Positions 61,171 through 64,000 of a stretch of 64,000 nt of DNA are shown here, piece by piece. How positions within the stretch are numbered: position 1 is the first letter of the stretch; every line of letters starts with the position of its first letter. Source of the DNA: Obrimoposthia wandeli (Eukaryota). The notes under the pieces were generated by a model. That model searched no databases and was not told where the DNA came from. It saw only the letters and a list, made by a program, of their open reading frames with translations. The stretch is from NCBI GenBank assembly GCA_977020255.1, contig CDROCS010001500.1, forward strand, positions 186,001-250,000, given 5' to 3'. The position numbers and the translations under genes were made by a program.

Positions 61171-61829
61171 CAGTTCTCCCGAGTACGTCAAGGTCAAATT
61201 TAATGTAATTTCAAGGTTATATATAGGCCATTCTTTCGTTTAAACGCGTCAAATTCATTTTGTTTAAATGCATCAATTTTGTGCGCTCCAAATTCAAATT
61301 TTCAAGATCAAATTTATTTTTGCAGAATATTTTAAAATATTTTCGAAAAAAATATTTTTATTTAAATTTTTAAAATTTTCAAAAACTTAAATATTTCCAA
61401 AACTTTAATGTTTCAATAAACTACAGAACTTTAAAACTTTATAATATTTATATTTGTACTACTTTTATTCACAAGTAACAAATATTTATCAAAATTTAAT
61501 TTTAGTGTTTATAATATTATCCAAAGGAAACTTATCCTTATCATAATCCTTCATCCTTCATCTCATAAATGTAATCTTTTATCTTAATCCTTCATATTGT
61601 CTTCATCATAATCCTGCATCTAATCTTCATTATTGCAATCTGTCATCCTTCATTTCATCATCTTCATTATCGCAATTCCTCATCTGTCATCTCATCATCT
61701 CATCATCTTCATTATCGCTATCCTTCATCTTATCGATGTAATCCAACACAAACTAGATGTTCATGTCATTTATGATATTAAGAGGATTCTAAAAGAATAA
61801 GCATAAGTCTGTCTTAGAAGAAAATTATG

Positions 61830-63960
61830 AGATGTTCAGGAAATTTGTGATGTTTTACGAGGAATAATATTAGTATATTATGTATTGATTCATTTGAAAT
61901 TGATTCATATGTATTCAGAGGGGAAATTAACGATATGTTTATAGAAGATAATTTCCTGAGATGTGATATTTACTGATATTAAGATGGTTTAAAGGAAATA
62001 TTTGCGATTATTAAGAGACTTTTAGAGAAAATTAATAAGTATGTATGATGTTTATCATATTAGCTGATTTAGTATAAGGATAGAGAAGGAGAAAAGGCAA
62101 ATATATGGGGTTTATGATAATTAGGTGGTTTGGAAGACAAATTAACTGGATGTTCATGTAATTTATGATATTTAGCTGAATCTAAAATAATAAGCATAAG
62201 ACCGTCTTAGAAGAAATTTATGAGGTATTCAGGAAAATTTGTGATATTTTACGAGATGTTCAGGAAATTTGCGATATTTATAAGATTTAACGAGGTTTCA
62301 GAAGAGAAAATATATCCTGTAAATGGGTTCAGAGGGAGATTTAAGATGATTCAGAAGAGGAAATTAATAGGTTTTAGAAGCAAATTTAAGCATAGATATT
62401 AACAACTTAGAAGGATTTTCGAAGGGAAAATTATATAGAAGACAAATTGTTTCTTAAGAGGTGATGTTACACAGATGGTTCTGGAAGATAAATTTACAAT
62501 ATTTTGGTGATTAAGACGTAATTTCAGGAAATTTATGATGTATAGAGGATATGGGAAACGGAAATTCGTGATATTTATAAGATTTAACAGGAGTATTGGT
62601 TTCAGAAGAGAAAATATATAGGCTTAAAATGGGTTTACATGAGAATTTAACGGGGGTGTTTGTTTTAGAAGAGAAAATATAACCTGCAAAGAGCTTCAGA
62701 GGGGTATTTAAGATGTTGAGAAGAGGGAATTATAGGGTTTTAGAAGTAAATTTAAGCATAGATATTAGCAATTTAGCAAGAGTTTAGAAGCGAAAATTAC
62801 ATAGAAGACAAATTATTGGTTCAGAGGAGATATTAGCTAGATGCTTTTAGAATAGAAATTTATGATATTTAAATGGTTAGAGGATAATTTCAGGAAATTT
62901 ATGATATTTAGAAGATATGGGTAACAGAAATTATCAAGTGTTTAGGAAATTTATGATATTTAAGGTTTAAGCATGGATGATTAGCTCATTTTCATCTACT
63001 TAATCCTCTCAACCATCACGTTATATTTTCTTATTTAACCTCTCAACCACCCCGAAATTATCCTCTTCTTAACCCCAATATTATTATTCTCTTCTTAAAG
63101 AAGAAATTATGTGTTATTTAGTGATTTTGTTATATGAGATTTGTGATATTCTAAGATGGCAATACCCAAATGCCTATCTTTATTCATATTTCTATCATAA
63201 AGATGGAATACCTGATTCGTGTCAGTAGTTTAGCTGTAACTTGCTCTAACATACTTTCACTATTAAGTCGTAGTAATTTAAGTAAAGATTATCAGAGTAT
63301 ATTGTCGGTTAGAGTACTAACGGTGTAGCTGTAAGAGTAATTTTTGAAAAATCAGTTTCCCCATACTTGATAATCGATTTATAGTAAATCTCTGAAATTT
63401 ATCTAATACCGTTGAAGTATCAGTTATATCTAATATTCTATCATTATTTGATAATTTTATATAAATGCATTCTTGCCGAAGCCAATAAGTTATATCTAAT
63501 GTCTAAAATTGATGAGTAAGAAATTACTGCGAATTATAGGAAAATGGCTAAACTGATCCTAAAGTGATTTATTAATATACTTATATCAATATATGAGAAA
63601 ACGTTAGGATATTAAGCTGCTTCTAGAAGATACATTAATGATATGTTCAGGACATTTATGATATCTAATCTGTCTCAAATGGTTTATTGATAGGTTTAGG
63701 AAATTAATGATATTTAGATGATTCTAAAGGCGAAATTCATGATATATTCAGGAAATTAATGATATCCTCAGGAAATTTATGTTATCTAATCCGCTCCAAA
63801 TGATTAATTGATAGGATTATAACAATATAGTCAGGAAATCAATGATATTTAGATGGTTCTAAGGGCGAAATAATTGATATATTCGGGAAATTAATGATAT
63901 GTCTAGAAAATCTATGATATTTAGGTGCTTCTAAAGGAGAAATTATATGATATTTAGTGA
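61830..63960. repeat. Diverged, interspersed repeat field built on (TT)CAGGAAATTTATGATATTT
   Basis: More than 10 variant copies, plus larger diverged duplications (~62290-62480 vs ~62600-62870; ~63690-63780 vs ~63830-63900). Confidence 0.6.
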
Positions 63961-64000
63961 AATTTGTGAGCATTGCTTGGAATGTTTCAGTTGATTGAAG

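Overview
AT-rich eukaryotic (metazoan) genomic DNA made up almost entirely of nested mobile elements and one host gene. (1) 503-14665: a complete 14.2-kb Ty3/gypsy LTR retroelement (TG...CA LTRs, 4-bp TSD AATA) with an unusual layout. A chuvirus/herpes-gB-like (class III) envelope gene lies between the Gag zinc knuckles and the protease, in frame with the knuckles. After integrase there is a 3.3-kb accessory region with a second putative membrane glycoprotein and a REX4/ISG20-type DEDDh 3'-5' exonuclease whose catalytic residues are intact. (2) 14900-16400: an older gypsy RNase H remnant split by a related solo LTR (TSD GATG), then an ~87-bp palindrome. (3) ~16400-25900: a degraded Polinton/Maverick (adintovirus-like) element with pPolB, major and minor capsid, core and membrane-lytic-type proteins, chromodomain integrase and packaging ATPase. 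It also carries a TATA-binding-protein-like gene interrupted by a 39-nt GT-AG intron, which the ORF track misses. (4) 27623-58658 (minus strand): a 9-exon LRRFIP-family host gene (370 aa) reconstructed exon by exon. Its AT-rich 5' exons have 38-44-nt introns; its GC-richer 3' exons have introns up to 11 kb holding a 16-bp satellite, Tc1 remnants, MITEs and a second, compact gypsy element with ~130-bp LTRs. (5) 58900-64000: a duplicated fragment, a RING-like ORF, X-box-like motifs and degenerate repeats. No rRNA, tRNA or CRISPR array was recognised. All family assignments come from motif recognition by eye, without database searches.
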